A stretch of DNA of 64,000 nucleotides from Camelus dromedarius (GCF_036321535.1 NC_087436.1:76572001-76636000); one strand, 5' to 3'. Numbered from the stretch's first letter, positions 49,976-63,777 are shown. Notes: generated by a model not told the origin, from the letters alone. Made by a program: numbers and translations.

Positions 49976-52139
49976 ATGTGTTTATTATCTTTCATAAGGC
50001 ATCATAGAACATTTTATGTACACATTGTGAAGCTTTCAGATATAGAAAATGAAATGTTTATGAAGAAAGTTGTATTAGGGAATTTTTTTGAAAAAAAAAA
50101 TTCTACTGAAGGCCACTTAGGTGGTACTTCTTCCCAGATGTCTTTGCAAATGGGATTACCCAGACCATCATACCCTCTTGAGTTTTCAAAGCAGTGACTT
50201 AAGGGCAACTGCTTTCCTTCTCCTCCTCTCATTTCACAAAGGAATAAATTAGTAAAATAATTTCATAGACCACCACACTGACAGGGGACTTCTGATGCAG
50301 AATTAAAACAAAGTTTTCTACTTTTTAGAACTTCCTACCATTTGACTATTTAGATGGCTCTGTTTTTGTTTTGTTTCTTTAAATCTGTCTCTCAGGGATT
50401 CCCTTCTCACAAGAAATTTGGTAAGACAGTAGTAATGATTTGTGAATAGAAAGAGATTTGTAAGAAAATGAGTTGAGACAGTGCTTTAAAAATTCATTCC
50501 CAGGATACTTTTCAAGACACAAGAACTTACGGATAACCATCTGAGATTCAACATAGTGGCTTCTGACAAGTGATAGAACACTAGAAACATAATTAAGCTT
50601 TTAAACTTTGAGTAGATGGCATTGTCCAATTATTTTCCCCTGGCATTTCAAACTCACACACCATTGAGCAAGCACAAATCCAAATGTTCGAAACAAATAT
50701 GTGAGGGTGAACGAAGCAGACGAGACAGGGAAAATTCCTTACTCAGAGGTAAACCGAAGAGCTGCTTGTGAAGCCGTGAGAATTAAGCAGAATCGAAATT
50801 TAAAATGTCAAGTATGCGTGCCTGGAAACACAAATGAAACGATGCGACTGGAGTGCCCATAGAGTTTCCTACTATCAAGTGAGAACTCAGTGAAAAGTGA
50901 AAGAATGAAAATGAAAAATTTTTTTTAAATGAACATTATTGAAAGTATAAGAAAAGAGAAGCAACTTTTCTTTCCTCATTTGGAAGTTCTGTCTACTACA
51001 CTAGGAGCTGCTGTCAGGAAGGATAGTTAGTGACCGGCCTACCTTGTGTTGAATCCCTAGTTCTGGCCTGTTGCCCAGAATGAACTAAGTTCCCAGTTAC
51101 CTTGGGGGTGGAAATTAACCAACCATGAGGTGTGGTAGGAAAAGAGTGGAAGGAATCATTGAGTCTCCTTATACAGGGACCTACGGCCATCTTGAGACGC
51201 CTTTGTCCACGTAAAGAAATAATAATGATAAGTTTCCTAAAATCAATTGGAGGAAGAAAAATCATAGCAAATTAACAAAACCTGAGACACAGAAGAAAGA
51301 AGGAGGGAATAAAAATGTCTGTAAAAGTGTTAACTTATTCATATTTTACAGTGGGTATTCACTAGATACTACCTCATTTCTGAGGGTGATATGAGAAATA
51401 TGTTTTAACATTATTACTTTTATAAAAGTTGCCACTACTGGAATTAAAAACAGAATTAATTACTCAAAACAATGAAGCATAGATAATAAATTAGAGAAAC
51501 AAACTCTTAGAAGTATGATGCATAATGAAAATATCAAGAAATTGTATGCAACAAATCGCATATTATTTAAGATGCTTAAGATATAAGTAAAAATTAAAGT
51601 CTTCTTTGCCTATTTAACTTGTCTGATACAAGTTTTCTTTGACAGTTCTCTCCTTGATTTCATATCCTGGGGTCCAATTCTGTATTGAATATTTGGTGTT
51701 TATTTTTGTCAATAATTGATTAACAACTTTTGCTGCACATTGAATCATTTTACACTTGGCATATTAGTAACACAGATTCTAAGAAAGTTAAGTTGTATTT
51801 ATATGATCCCAAAGGGGATATATGGAATGGATAAAATTCACTCAGGTGCTAAAATGTGGTAGAAAAATGTTCTGGATGAGAGAATTATAACTGAGGAAAA
51901 TTTGGGGGCCCTTAGGTCTAGGGAGGCTATTTTTAGAGCCTGAGAGCTTTAGGGGCTGGAAAACACGTTCCAAATCTGAGAGCACTGGCATTGGCTAACT
52001 TACTGAGTTCAGGATTGAATTGAAGGTTTAGTTTTAGGTAAACTGGAAATTTTTGCTATTGGATTGTAAAATAGAAACAAACGCAATATGATTCCATTTA
52101 AGAGGGTTCTAAAGGCTTCTATATGAAATGGAACATAAT

Positions 52140-52350
52140 TTAGTTATAGATAGCAGAGGGTTTGGGTCAAACTAAATGAAGTTTGAATGCCAGCTTTAAT
52201 ACTTAGAATGATTCTGAGGTAATTTACTTATATTTTCTGTGTCTTAGTTTCCTTATCATTAAAGCAGACTAAGAATAACTACCTCAGGAAGTTGTCTTGA
52301 GGATTAAATGGGAACATGCAAGTACCTCGCCTGCCTCGATAAATGGCAGA
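52140..52350 (+). mobile_element. MIR SINE
   Basis: 'gtttgaatgccagcttt...tctgtgtcttagtttccttatc...taagaataactacctcaggaagttgtcttgaggattaaatg'. Confidence 0.8.
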
Positions 52351-52469
52351 TGTAAATATTTACCCAGTGACTTTGACCTTCTATTGATTGGTAGGATATA
52401 GGATTTAATTTCTACTCTCAAAGACTTTTCCAGGATTCCTGGGAGAGAAATCAAATACAGACATCAGGA

Positions 52470-52870
52470 ATTTATTTATCAATTCAACAGATTTTTATTG
52501 AGCATGTAATGCTTTCCAGACAACTCATCTAAGCTTTGGGGAGATGGCAGTGATCTCTACAGACAAGATCACTGGCTGCGTGAACCTTATAGTCTATTGG
52601 GTAGGGGGGAGACAGGCAATTTAAAAGTTTACAAATAAGTGTTTAATTTCTGGGAATTACAAATGTCATAAATAAAAAATTAAGGAAAAGGAGGCAGAAA
52701 CTGGTAATTAGGAATAAGGAAGGGAAAGACTATTTGAATGTGGTCAAGGAATAACTCTCTGAAGGACGTGTGAGGAGAGACCTGAACAAAGTAAGAGACC
52801 AAACTATGAAGAAGTCTACGAGGGAAGAGAATTCCGTTCAGAAAGAAGATCTAAGGTCACATGTCCGAAG
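52470..52870 (-). mobile_element. L2 3' end
   Basis: 'ttcaacagatttttattgagc...acagacaagatc...ggtcaaggaataactctctgaagga...gagacctgaa'. Confidence 0.8.
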
Positions 52871-54529
52871 TCAGAACACACGGGGAAGGTGACAGAGCAC
52901 CGAGGCACCCGTGGACAGCAGGCGCGTGCTTTCTAGCTTACTGAGAAAGAGACTCTGAAGTGGGCAAAGTAGTATTTGTGAATCATAATCCACAACTTGC
53001 TGCACACAACGGTTTAGTAGTTCAGCGTAAGCTTTTGTGAACGATTTCTGTGCTAGATATTGAAAAACAATATTAAAAATATCCGGCCTTGCCTTTGTTT
53101 TCATAAAGCCGATAGCCTAGTTTTATGTCTTCATCAACAGTAATCTCTGCAGTTCATTTGCACTAAATTTAGACTGCGATCTAACCAAGTCTATTGGCAT
53201 AGCATGGAATGGAGCTTTACGGTATCTGATAGAAAAGAAAACAAGCTGCCGTCTGGACTGCAATGCAATGCCTTCTGCGGTCCCATCGTTACACTGAGAG
53301 GTCCGTAAGAAGGTCTGAGAAATAATCACGGTTTTCAAATTTCAAGCTTTTTAAGACAAGTCTCCAAGTCAACTTTGGATATTTTACAGTAAGGAAAAAT
53401 GTTATAAGGTAAATACAGTTTAGTAGGCCATATAAAACTCATGGCTGAACGAGAACTTAACGATAGCCTTCTCTGGTTGCTATACTTTTATGTTTAGTTT
53501 TATGGAGTATTTTCAATATTTTTATGTTCTTTGTGTATAGTTGAGAACTGAATGAAAAAGATTTACAGGAAAAGAGAAATCAGGATTATCAAAAAGTCAT
53601 AATCAAAAAAAATTTTAATATTATTGTTAGCATAATTTAATAATACTTATATGATGCCCATTTTATATAATAATTTAATAACTTTGCTATTTAATATAAA
53701 GCCAATGCAACCAAAACTACAGGAGGGTAATAAAAACATATTTAAGGCCAAAAATACTGGCAGCTATAAAGCCTTAAAGAAACAATTTTATAGAGACTGA
53801 CAGATCTTTAGGGGTAAATTCAAGAATCCTTAATAGAGGTGATCATTCATTCAACAAACATTTACTGAGCAAGCCAGACAGTAGATGAAAACCTAATATT
53901 GGTACAGCCCTATATAACACATCTACATATATCATTTCATCTATTACTTATCACAGTCCTGTGATGTGTATATTCTTAAGAGGACTACAGAGACTCAAAG
54001 GGGTTAATGTAAATGAGCAGCTTAAAGTAGAAATGCTGGCCTGGAAACCCAGGTTTTTGACAACGTATTCCCTGATCTTTTCAGTATGCCATGGTAACCT
54101 TATTCATCTGTACAAGGTTGATTCAAGTGCATTCTTCTTCCTATAACCTTAATTTTCTTTAAGAGTCATTTTTATCACAAGGGAAATGAAAAGGCTGAGT
54201 ATCTTATAAAATGCCATTAGAGCCAAGTGAGAAGTGGTATGTGTGCATGTGGAGGAGGGAGAGAATGAGACTGAAGAGAAAAGAGGAGAGGGAGAAGTAA
54301 CTGGAATGAAGAAGTTTCATGGTAGTAGTAAGAGAGTGAAAGAGAAGAAGGAAAAAGTGGTAACAGGGCATCAAAGATGAGGACACACTCCAGGGGAACT
54401 CCCTCTGTTGCCTTATTCTTTAAGTAGCTTTGGTTCTTACTATATTAGTTTCTAAAGAAAAGCAGGTTGATCACAGACATCTCTTAATATCCTGTATCCA
54501 TTTTTCCTAAATTTTGTAACATCCTCAGT

Positions 54530-55370
54530 CCATTCTCATAGCTTCAGTTGACACATGTAAGTTACTAACCCCTAATTGTTATCTCCAGACCAGCTGCACT
54601 CAGAATACTGTATTTTCAGATGCTTACTGAAAAACAAAATCAACTTGGATGATGCCACAAGTGCCTTGAATTCAACCTCCCCAGAACCAAATATATAATC
54701 TCTGGAGAAACATCTTACTGTTTTTTTCCCTGCCTCCTCCTATATCTTTCATCTCTCTAAGACTAGGAGAGCTGTCTTTTTACCCAGGAATAGCAAATCC
54801 ACCCTCGTCTCCCTTATCTCTATATCTGGTCATTAATACTTGTCCTTGTGCTTCACTGATAGTTTATGAATCTATCCTCATTGCCTTGATAATTGCATCA
54901 TTCTTTCCTGAATTACTGAAAAGCCTCTGCCTTTTCCTTGTGTGTCTTCCCTCTCCATTCCAGTCTCTACACTGTCAGTAGAGGCAACTGCCTAAAACCC
55001 AAATTTAATCATATAATTTTCTAGAAAAAAAAATTCATATGGGATCGCCCACTACCTGCATGATCAAGCCCAGAGTCGTTAGCATGGCCTTCAGTGCTCT
55101 CAACAAAATACTGTCAACCTTTCTTACCATCCTCAGACCTTACACTCTTAGCCAAACCAAATCTACCTTTTCTGCTTGATTTTTTTCTTTCCAAAGCACT
55201 TACCAAGGCCTGAGATTGTCTTATATATGTGTGTTGTCAGTCTCCTCCCCAGTGGAAGCTAAGCTTTCTAAGGGCAAGAGCTCTGTTTACTTTGTTTACT
55301 GCAGTATCTACCATGCCTAGAACAGTCTCTGACACATAATAGGTGCCCCATAGATGTTTGCTGATTGTCT
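54530..55370 (+). mobile_element. L2 3' fragment
   Basis: Ends 'ctaagctttctaagggcaagag...ttgtttactgcagtatctaccatgcctagaacagtctctgacacataataggtgcc'. Confidence 0.85.
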
Positions 55371-56647
55371 GACTCACTGAGCCAGAAGCTTTCTGGACAA
55401 GTGCCTTAGAAGCCCAATTCATGTTCTCTATTATGTATTATTACATATATGATAAATTGACAATCACTTCCTCACTTTTGATCTCAATTTTTGCTGTAAG
55501 TTGTAAAATCTAAAAACCGATATAATGGGGAAAAGTACAGGTCTGGGTCTCCAGGAGACTCAGGTTTGAATTCTAGTTCTACACTGAGTCAGTTACCTCA
55601 CTTGGAAAATGAGGAATCACTTCCTTCCTTACACAGTTATTTTAGATCATGTGTGATACATGATTTACACTGTAAATGTCTCCTCTCTCCCTTTCGCCCT
55701 CCCTCTCACCCATTCTTCCTTCTGCCTCATCCTCTTCTCTCTTTGGTATAGAACTTGTCTTTGCAAGATAAAAACTTCTAGTGTGAAGAAGAGGAAGAAA
55801 GGGGGATATTTCCCCCATATTATTTTTAAATGATTCCCCCTACAGCTGAAAAATCAGTGTCTCGTTTGGAAAGTGATCTTAGGGTTCCTCTAGTCTCCTC
55901 TGAGATGTGTCTGTTTCCAAGCCACGTGATTGTCCAGCCTATGTGTAAACAGCTCTAGCAAGAAAAATTCTACCTCCTGTTACTGTCTAGCCACCAAAAA
56001 ACATTGTAAATTACATATCACAACCATGTGAAATTGTAGCATCAGCTAACATTAAAGATGGTTTGCATGGTACACTAAATTAATTAAATTATCTTAGTCA
56101 GTCTGTTTGAATAGAAACTTCAACGTCAAGTTTCCTGCAATTTCTTTATCAAGGCTTGAGAGTTGTATTTTTATTGATATTTTTAAAATAAATTCCTGTA
56201 ACATCAAACCTATAAAAGGTTCATCACAGACCAAATACCTCTCTAACCTTTTAAGCTTTCACAGTAAAAACTGTCTTTTTTATTTATATAAGTTTGGGAA
56301 AGATACAAATGTAATCATAACCCCCAAGGCAAAATTTTATAGCAGTTTTCAGAACTCTTCACTATAAAAACTACTCAAACCTACAAGCATAAAAGTTTCC
56401 AATAAAATTTGTTTTAGATACTGGCAATAAAACACTCTTTGCTTGACTCTTAGCTCCAAATTTTGGAGCCACAGCTGTCCAAATGCCAAAGATATATTCC
56501 ACATCCCCTAGCCACACCATTTCTCAACCTTTTAATCTCCTCCAATTGAAAAACACTATTATTATTTATTATCACTAATATTTCATATTTAAGGAATGTA
56601 TGTTAATGAGAATAAAAGAAAAATTAGGTCATAGTAAAGAAATCACA

Positions 56648-56728
56648 GGGGGCTGGGTATAGCTCAGTAGTAGAGCATATGCTTAACGTGCACACTGTCC
56701 TGGGTTCAATCCCCAGTACCTCCATTAA
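56648..56728 (+). mobile_element. Vic-1-type SINE, short form
   Basis: GGGGGCTGGGTATAGCTCAGTAGTAGAGC...CCCCAGTACCTCCA plus A tail; degenerate TSD aaagaaatcaca / aaaaaaattaca. Confidence 0.92.
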
Positions 56729-57499
56729 AAAAAAATTACAAAGAACATTACATAAATTACTAAGGCATCTTTAAGTAACTATATTTTACTTTAAAAATTA
56801 TGTTATGTTTTCACTTAAAAATGGTTGTGATTTTTAACATGGAACATGTTGCATAAGGAACATTTAAATAATAAGGGAGAAACATGGGCCTTTAAGTGAT
56901 TCATACTGGAAAGTCTCCTGAGAGCACGTCTATGTTCTATTAAGGGCATTTGGAAAGATGATTTCCGTTCCAATCCCAGTCCTCCCAGTGCCACAGGGAG
57001 ATACTACCAATGGCTTCAGCACTCGGGAAGCACATGGAAGCATCCCAGCTCTGGACTCTGTTTTACCAGAATGTTCCTTTCAGGCCTCAGACCTTGAAAT
57101 AAGTTCATTCCATCCATTGCTGTGATCTGTTCCTCTGAGGCACCACGCACAGTACAAACCGGGCTCCTTCCTTTGACGTCAACATGTTGTCCCCCTGAGA
57201 TGGTACAAGGTGGTCTGTTATCAAAGCCCTGTGCTCAGCCAGTCTCTTGCTTGTTTCTGTGCCTTAGAGACGGAGTGTGTGTGGAGACACATGCAAGGGC
57301 TTAGGCACCAGACCTGTCTACATTTGAACCTCAGCAATGCCACTTTCTAACTCCGTGAGCCAGGCAAGTCAGGAAAGTTCCTCCTCTGTAAAACTGGGGC
57401 AAATTTCCTTCCTTTTGCTCCCTCCTGACTCACGGTCCCATTGCCAACCTGCCTGCAAACTCTTTCTATTTTATACTCAGTTTCTCTCAAAGTAAACTC

Positions 57500-58010
57500 C
57501 TCATCGGAATTCAGATTCCACAGGAACAAACCCTGAGACAAGAATGGTGTACGAGTGACTCACTCTGGTACCTGGGAAGGACCTGGCAGAGACAGGGGGA
57601 AGCAGAGCAGGGTGAGGGAAGACATCCAGCAAGGGTCCATTTTCAGGCAGAAATTTGGCCTCACCTGGTCCCTCAGAGGAGCCCTGCCACCTAAATTACT
57701 CCTGCAAGTTGATTCCCCTCAAAGGGTTGCCAGATAAAATATGACACTCAATTAAATTTGAATTTCAAGTAAACAATGAATTCTTTTTGTATGTCTCAAG
57801 TATTACATGGAACAAACTTATACTAAAAAAATTCTTTGTTGTTTACCTGAAGTTCAAGTTGAATTGTCCATCCTGTATTTTTGTTAGTTAATTTGGAAAC
57901 TCTATGAAGGCTGTGGGGGTGGGGGCCTGGGCATGGGGCTCTGAGCAGCGGGGCTCAGAGAAAGTGTGCAAGGATTGATGGGATCTGAGTGGAACACCAG
58001 TGTCTGCTAG
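57500..58010 (-). mobile_element. Old MLT1-type LTR interrupted by MER53
   Basis: 'cagattcccacaggaacaaaccctgagacaagaat' resembles the antisense end of old MLT1 LTRs. Confidence 0.55.
57722..57904. mobile_element. MER53 palindromic hAT MITE
   Basis: 'agggttgccagataaaata...ttaaatttgaatttca...aaacaatgaa...ttgtttacctgaagttcaa...catcctgtattttt...tttggaaactcta'. Confidence 0.88.
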
Positions 58011-60224
58011 CATCCTGTTCTGTCTCATATTCTTCACCCAATGCTCCTTCCACTTCCTTCCATTCTGGAAACTTGGCCCATTGGTAAAGGACCCACACTT
58101 GCAGGTCTCACAATGGAAGCTGCTTTTTCTCTGTCTGTGACACAACTGGCTTTCTACAGGTCTTCACTGTGGCTTCCAGGTCACAAACGCATTGCTCTGA
58201 CTCCCCAGGGATAAGTCCCTCTTTGTCTTCTACTCCTTGCAGTTTTGCCTACATCCAAGGGACTCTTGACCAATTCGCTGGCAACTGTGGTGTCAAAGTC
58301 ACAGGTTTCCTCCAGCCCCAAATGCTACTGCCATTTTGGTCATCACTTTGTCCATTAAGTAGCCTCATACTTCTGTTATCTCGCCTCCATTTCAGAACAC
58401 ATTCTCTTGATTCTTCCTGACCTCATCATTATGGGGAGTTCCTTCACCTCTGAAGACTTAATTAGCCCACTTCGAAAATACTCCCCTTCATCCAGTTTTC
58501 ACTCCATTCCTCCTATTACATTAGACGTAATGAAGACAATTTCCTAATCATTAATTTGGCTTTAATTTACTTTCTTCTCTCATCAGCCACACATTTCAGC
58601 CTCAGCAATATTTATAAACATTCTCAACAATCTCATCCTCTTTCCGTCCTGCTATACTCACTTTAAGACCCTTCAACCCATATCAATACAAAAATTTCCC
58701 TTCTTAATTCTTCTGAAATTTGATTAGAAGATTACCATGATATCATGTATATTAAGATAGCAAAACTTTCACTTATAAATATAGGAGCAAATTTAGGTCA
58801 TGCTGGAATCAGTTACATTATATATTGTTATAACATATTCCCAGTGGAGAGTGTGTGCCAAAGTGCAAAGATGCTGTGATATACTGCAGTTTTCCTTTAG
58901 GGATCATTCGGCATTTAATACGAAAAGTATTAGCTTGAGAATAAAAGCTTGAACCTATACATTTAATAATTTCTCACACTACAGTATAAATTGGAAACAC
59001 TTCTTTTAAATGCTAAATCCATGTTAATTAATATTTATATAGTGAAAATAGACACAAAGAAAAGATATCATTAATTATTTTCCTTAAAGAGTAGGTTTAA
59101 GATTAACCCTTATTTTCAATAATCTTTTATTACATTTACTTATTTTCTAGTCGAAAAGAACAAAAGAGGCAGAAAAGGAAACAAAATAGCAATTATTACA
59201 TGCACAGATGTATACTTACACATAACACAAAAGTGAAGATGAAACAAAGAGCAATTATCATGCACACATATACGTCAAAACAAGAATGAAGTATTTACAG
59301 AGTTTAGCATTTTTCCCTTGGAATTACATAAAAATAACTTGAGGAGAAATTTAAAAACCCTAAAATGCTTTCAAGTTCAACACTGTACAATTAAATATAA
59401 ATGCATGCTCAGTTCAAAACAAGATGTTTTACGAGATCTTCTTAATTCATTGTGCTATAACCTTTCAAAACCAAAACAACTAAAAGCTAGAAACTACATC
59501 AAGACTTCCTCCTACTTCAAATAGTGAAATAGAAGGCTTATTTCACCATCTAAGCCATTTTGTATTCATGAAGGTGTGTGAACATCAGTTTTTGTTTTTT
59601 ATATACTTGAATCAGTCATACTTACACTGAAAGAGTTTGATTACTACACTATAAGGTGATAAATCAAAATGCTTCTCCATTTAATAGAATTGGATTTTAC
59701 CAATCTTTTGCCTTATGTTTTATTAGCTGGACTACAGTGTCCTCAGATGTTCCCACATATAGTTAGTTTCTTTCAGTGTGGGTCCTGAGTCCCATTGTAA
59801 GTTGTTGTGTGAGGGGAGACTGTCTAATATAATTAGGAAATTTATTTTTTCAAACAGCTGGAATAAGAGGGCCCAGGGAATGAGTTCTAGCCTCGTAATA
59901 ACTGGTTGGATTCTCTTCTGGTTTAAAACTGAAACTAACATTTCAGGAGATCCAAGAAGCCATTCAGAACTGGTGCTTACAATGACTCAGAGAGATATCC
60001 TCCACAGGTGGTCCTTTAGGGATTTAGTATTTTCATACAAGAAGCTGTAAGGGGATCATAGGACCCCCTCTGCCTTATCAGGCCCCGGAGGGGAAAGTTC
60101 TATTGATAAAAAAGTGTCTCTAGGTGTTTCTTTCCAGTTAATACTCACTAAAGAGTATCTAAAAATCTCTGCTTAGTTTTGGGTGATGCTGGAACAGTTG
60201 TATCTTTACCATTTAAGCTTCTCA

Positions 60225-60520
60225 TTCATTCGTTTGTTCATTCATTTAACAAATGTGGACTGAATATCTACCATGTGCCAGGCACTTCACTGAGTACTAG
60301 AGAGACTAGAACTATATCAAAGATGAGAGTTGCCTTAGCACCCTGGAAACTCACAAATGATGAGCTGGTGATCTAGCCAACATGCACTGTATATGGCCAG
60401 GGAGCTTTCCATGTCGGAGTCAGGGAAGGCTTCTTTGACCAAGTGACATTCAAGATGGGACCTAATTTGTGTGTGTAGAAGGAAGAAAGGAAGGGCAGAG
60501 GGAATCCAAAAGATAGGATC
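60225..60520 (-). mobile_element. L2 3' end
   Basis: 'cattcatttaacaaatg...tctaccatgtgccaggcact...gtcagggaaggcttc'. Confidence 0.85.
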
Positions 60521-63500
60521 GCACCTTGTTCTTGAAAGGATTAGCTCTGTATTTAACCTTTCATTTTTACCTTTTCAAATGACTACTTTCACAGTGGTTC
60601 AGAATAAACTGAGATATTAAAAAAGCCATGAGAGCAAGGTGAGATTTGACGTTCTCTATGTTCTTTTTGCTATTTGAAGGGCTCTTTCATATGGACTTGA
60701 CTTGGAAACAGATGGCATGTGGCAGTGACTTAATGAGATAAATGCTCTTTGCCATTAGGATCTGTAATTGGGTCTTTCTATTAGTGAAGTATTTGCTAAA
60801 GAGTAAAATTAGTTGCTTGTGTATCAGTGCTCCTTAAGCTAATAGCACTTTTGATTCCTGATACCCAATACTAGAATTTGTGATCCGGGAAATGGTCATG
60901 CTCTCAGTCTAGTTGGTACTTTTACTTCTTATGGTTTATCTTAAAGAGGACTGCTCTGTCATTGCTTTTGTGCTTTCCCATTTGTTTTCTCTTGTAAAAG
61001 AAAAAAGGCTGAGAATATTAACAAGCCAGCTGTTAGCACTTCTTTGATATTTCCCCATGGTCTGCTCCATTAGAGGGGGCTAAGTTCTTAATATCAGTTG
61101 GATTTGTTAATCATTGGTAAACAGTGCTCTATGAGTATTGGATAATGGATTCATTTTGTGCATTTATTTTACCATTGGCAATATGGATGTTCTCTTGCCT
61201 TTAATAGATTTGCTTAAAAAATACCTAAAAGCATAATCCAGATTTCCAAGCCTTCCACCAAATTAAGCAAAACAATACTTTTCTTTATTTACATGACTAA
61301 AGCAAGTATGATTTTCAGTTCTTATTCAAGGGTTTATTTCAGATGATCTTAGATTACATTCTCCATACCTAACACCTTGGGGAAAAGAATATAAAAGATC
61401 GTTGCATCCATGGCATGAACTAACACTTTATTTATTCAATTATTCATTTACTCAGGGTCTACTTTATACCAGGTTTTGTGTTAGGCTTGGCGGAGATGAA
61501 AGCAGTGATAACAATGGGGAAAATTTCACCCTAGAGAATCCTAAAGAGTTGATCCTTTCAAATAAAGTTCAAGGGCATTTGGTATGGCATTTGCTATTCT
61601 AAAGGAGACAGACAAGCTCTAGTAAATTATGCCATTGACCGCCAACAAATGCCTAATTCGAGTCTCCTTGGTGGTAGCCCAATACTGGGATAGATCAATT
61701 TATGCCTTCACATCCCCATCACAAGAGAGATCCATGGGGAAATCAAGAGACATAGATCTAGATGTTTAGCCCTAAGGCAGAGACATGATAAGAATAATTT
61801 ATTTGGCCAAGAGTATTTTTAAAAGAAAAAAGTTCTCTGTTTAGTGAGCTCATTAGAAAACATTTTTGGGAAGAACCCTCTCATGTCAGGTGTGGTGGCC
61901 CCTGCTGTGTGGCTGGAAGACCAGACATGGAGGAGAGCTCCCTGTCTCCCAAGAGGCAATCTTCATGAACTACGTGAGAGCTGGAAACGCAGAGAGCAAA
62001 AGATAGTGAGGGAAACTAATCCTAGAGTGTTTTCAGAATCCTCGAGACCAGGCACCTAATCTATCGGGGACAGAGTCGAATTTTATTCATACTGCTCACT
62101 GACGTAAAAACGTAAATGACATGCAAACTGCTTCACAGTGTGCTCAGCTGATGATTGTTTCCCAGAACTGCCTCCTAAAGACCCATTCAGTCAGTCTCAG
62201 GAACATCCTAAGGAAGCTGACCACTTCCTTGATTGGGAGATTTACAAGGCAGTAGGTTTCTCTCCACCTCCCTGTACATATAGGTCCATGGAGGACAACA
62301 AACTGAAATGATCCTCCTTCCCTGGAACCAATATGGAGGCAACGTGAAGTACAGGCAAATCCCCTGAGTCCTAAATGGCCTTCACCAGACATGTCCTAAT
62401 GAAGCAAAGTTAAAAATCAGTAATAAATTAATGAGAATGTGCCTCTTAGTGGCAATCATCCATCCATTCCCTCTTAGAGCACCTTTTAATTATTGTTACT
62501 AATGACAGAGTTTGGGGGTCACTGATTTCAGAAAAGAAGAAAACTTTTCTGCTTTTGAGGCAGTAATGTGCAGCCTCTACATTCTGCATGTTTGGAATAA
62601 TCAACATTTATTACTTGTGCTTGTTTCTTTTTTAAATGCTGAGTGATGACATTGCTGAAAAGACACTTACTAAGTTTGCCTTTTTCCTTCAGAAGGAGAC
62701 TGTCATTTGGGGCCGTTCATCACGTGTAGATGATGACGAGAGGAATCTGCCCTCCCCATCTCCTTGGTCTTCACAGGGTACCTCAGGGGTCTCCAGGGAG
62801 TCACAGAGGTGCGGATGAAAATGCTGTTCTCTCCATTTCCCATCTTTCTGTTAACTGGGCTTATGCCGAATTTATGCAGAGAATCATTCAGTCTTGCTGG
62901 TGATCTTCACAGCTGCTGGCCAATGCAGACCCCTTAAACATCTCTATGAACCTCTAAAATCTGCTTAGAAATTTGTCAGAATGACACACGTTGGCAGCAA
63001 TTTCATTTCACAAAGAATCATGGAGTGAATATGCTGCCCACTCTTCCTCCCTCCTTTTCCTTCCTTCCCATCAAACCCGTGGCACATGCCAAATGGGGTG
63101 ACATTCTGGGGTTACCTCTTGTAAAACGTAACTTCAAGTTTTGAAAGTATATTTAATTTAATGTGTCTCAAAGCAAATGAAGAACAATCAATATGAGTCA
63201 GTAGCCTGTCATCATTTTTGTAGGAACCAAGCTGTAACTGGGAAATAGAGGCCACGGTCACCCCACTGGACAGCGACAGAGCGCAGAACAGAAGCCAGTG
63301 TTCCAGAGCTCTCTGGCCATCGATGGCAAGTGCATGCCCGCTGCTGTCCTGTGCTCTCGCTTCAGCCACCTGATCCATCTGGTCTCTCCTCTGGCCTCAA
63401 ACTTCCAGATTCAGAAATAGTGGAGGGTGCAGAAAAGCAATCAAAGAAAAACAGACAGGTGTATTTTAGTAGCAACTTATGAGAAACTATGGGTTCATCA

Positions 63501-63777
63501 CTTTGTGAATTGCTGTCCTGACTCTGGCACCCTCCTTCCCACTTAATAAAGGAGGAATAAATTACAGACAATGCTAGAGAACTCATGATTAATAAAATTA
63601 GAAGTATAAAAACAGCTTTATATTTTTAAGGATTTTGCTGAGCTTTACGTTTTCAACGCTTCTCCCAGTGGTACCTACTTCAAGACCACAATGTAGAATC
63701 TATCACTCAAGAGAAATTAATATTGCCATAGTTTTTAACAATTTTGAGTGGAGAAAGACTGTAGGGCTGTATACATT

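Noticed and set aside
53123..53338. ORFs in the CpG-retaining block as an explanation for its CpGs
   Set aside because: Short, no recognisable product and no convincing splice boundaries
56453..56469. Palindrome GCTCCAAA-T-TTTGGAGC
   Set aside because: Arms of 8 bp are expected by chance in 64 kb
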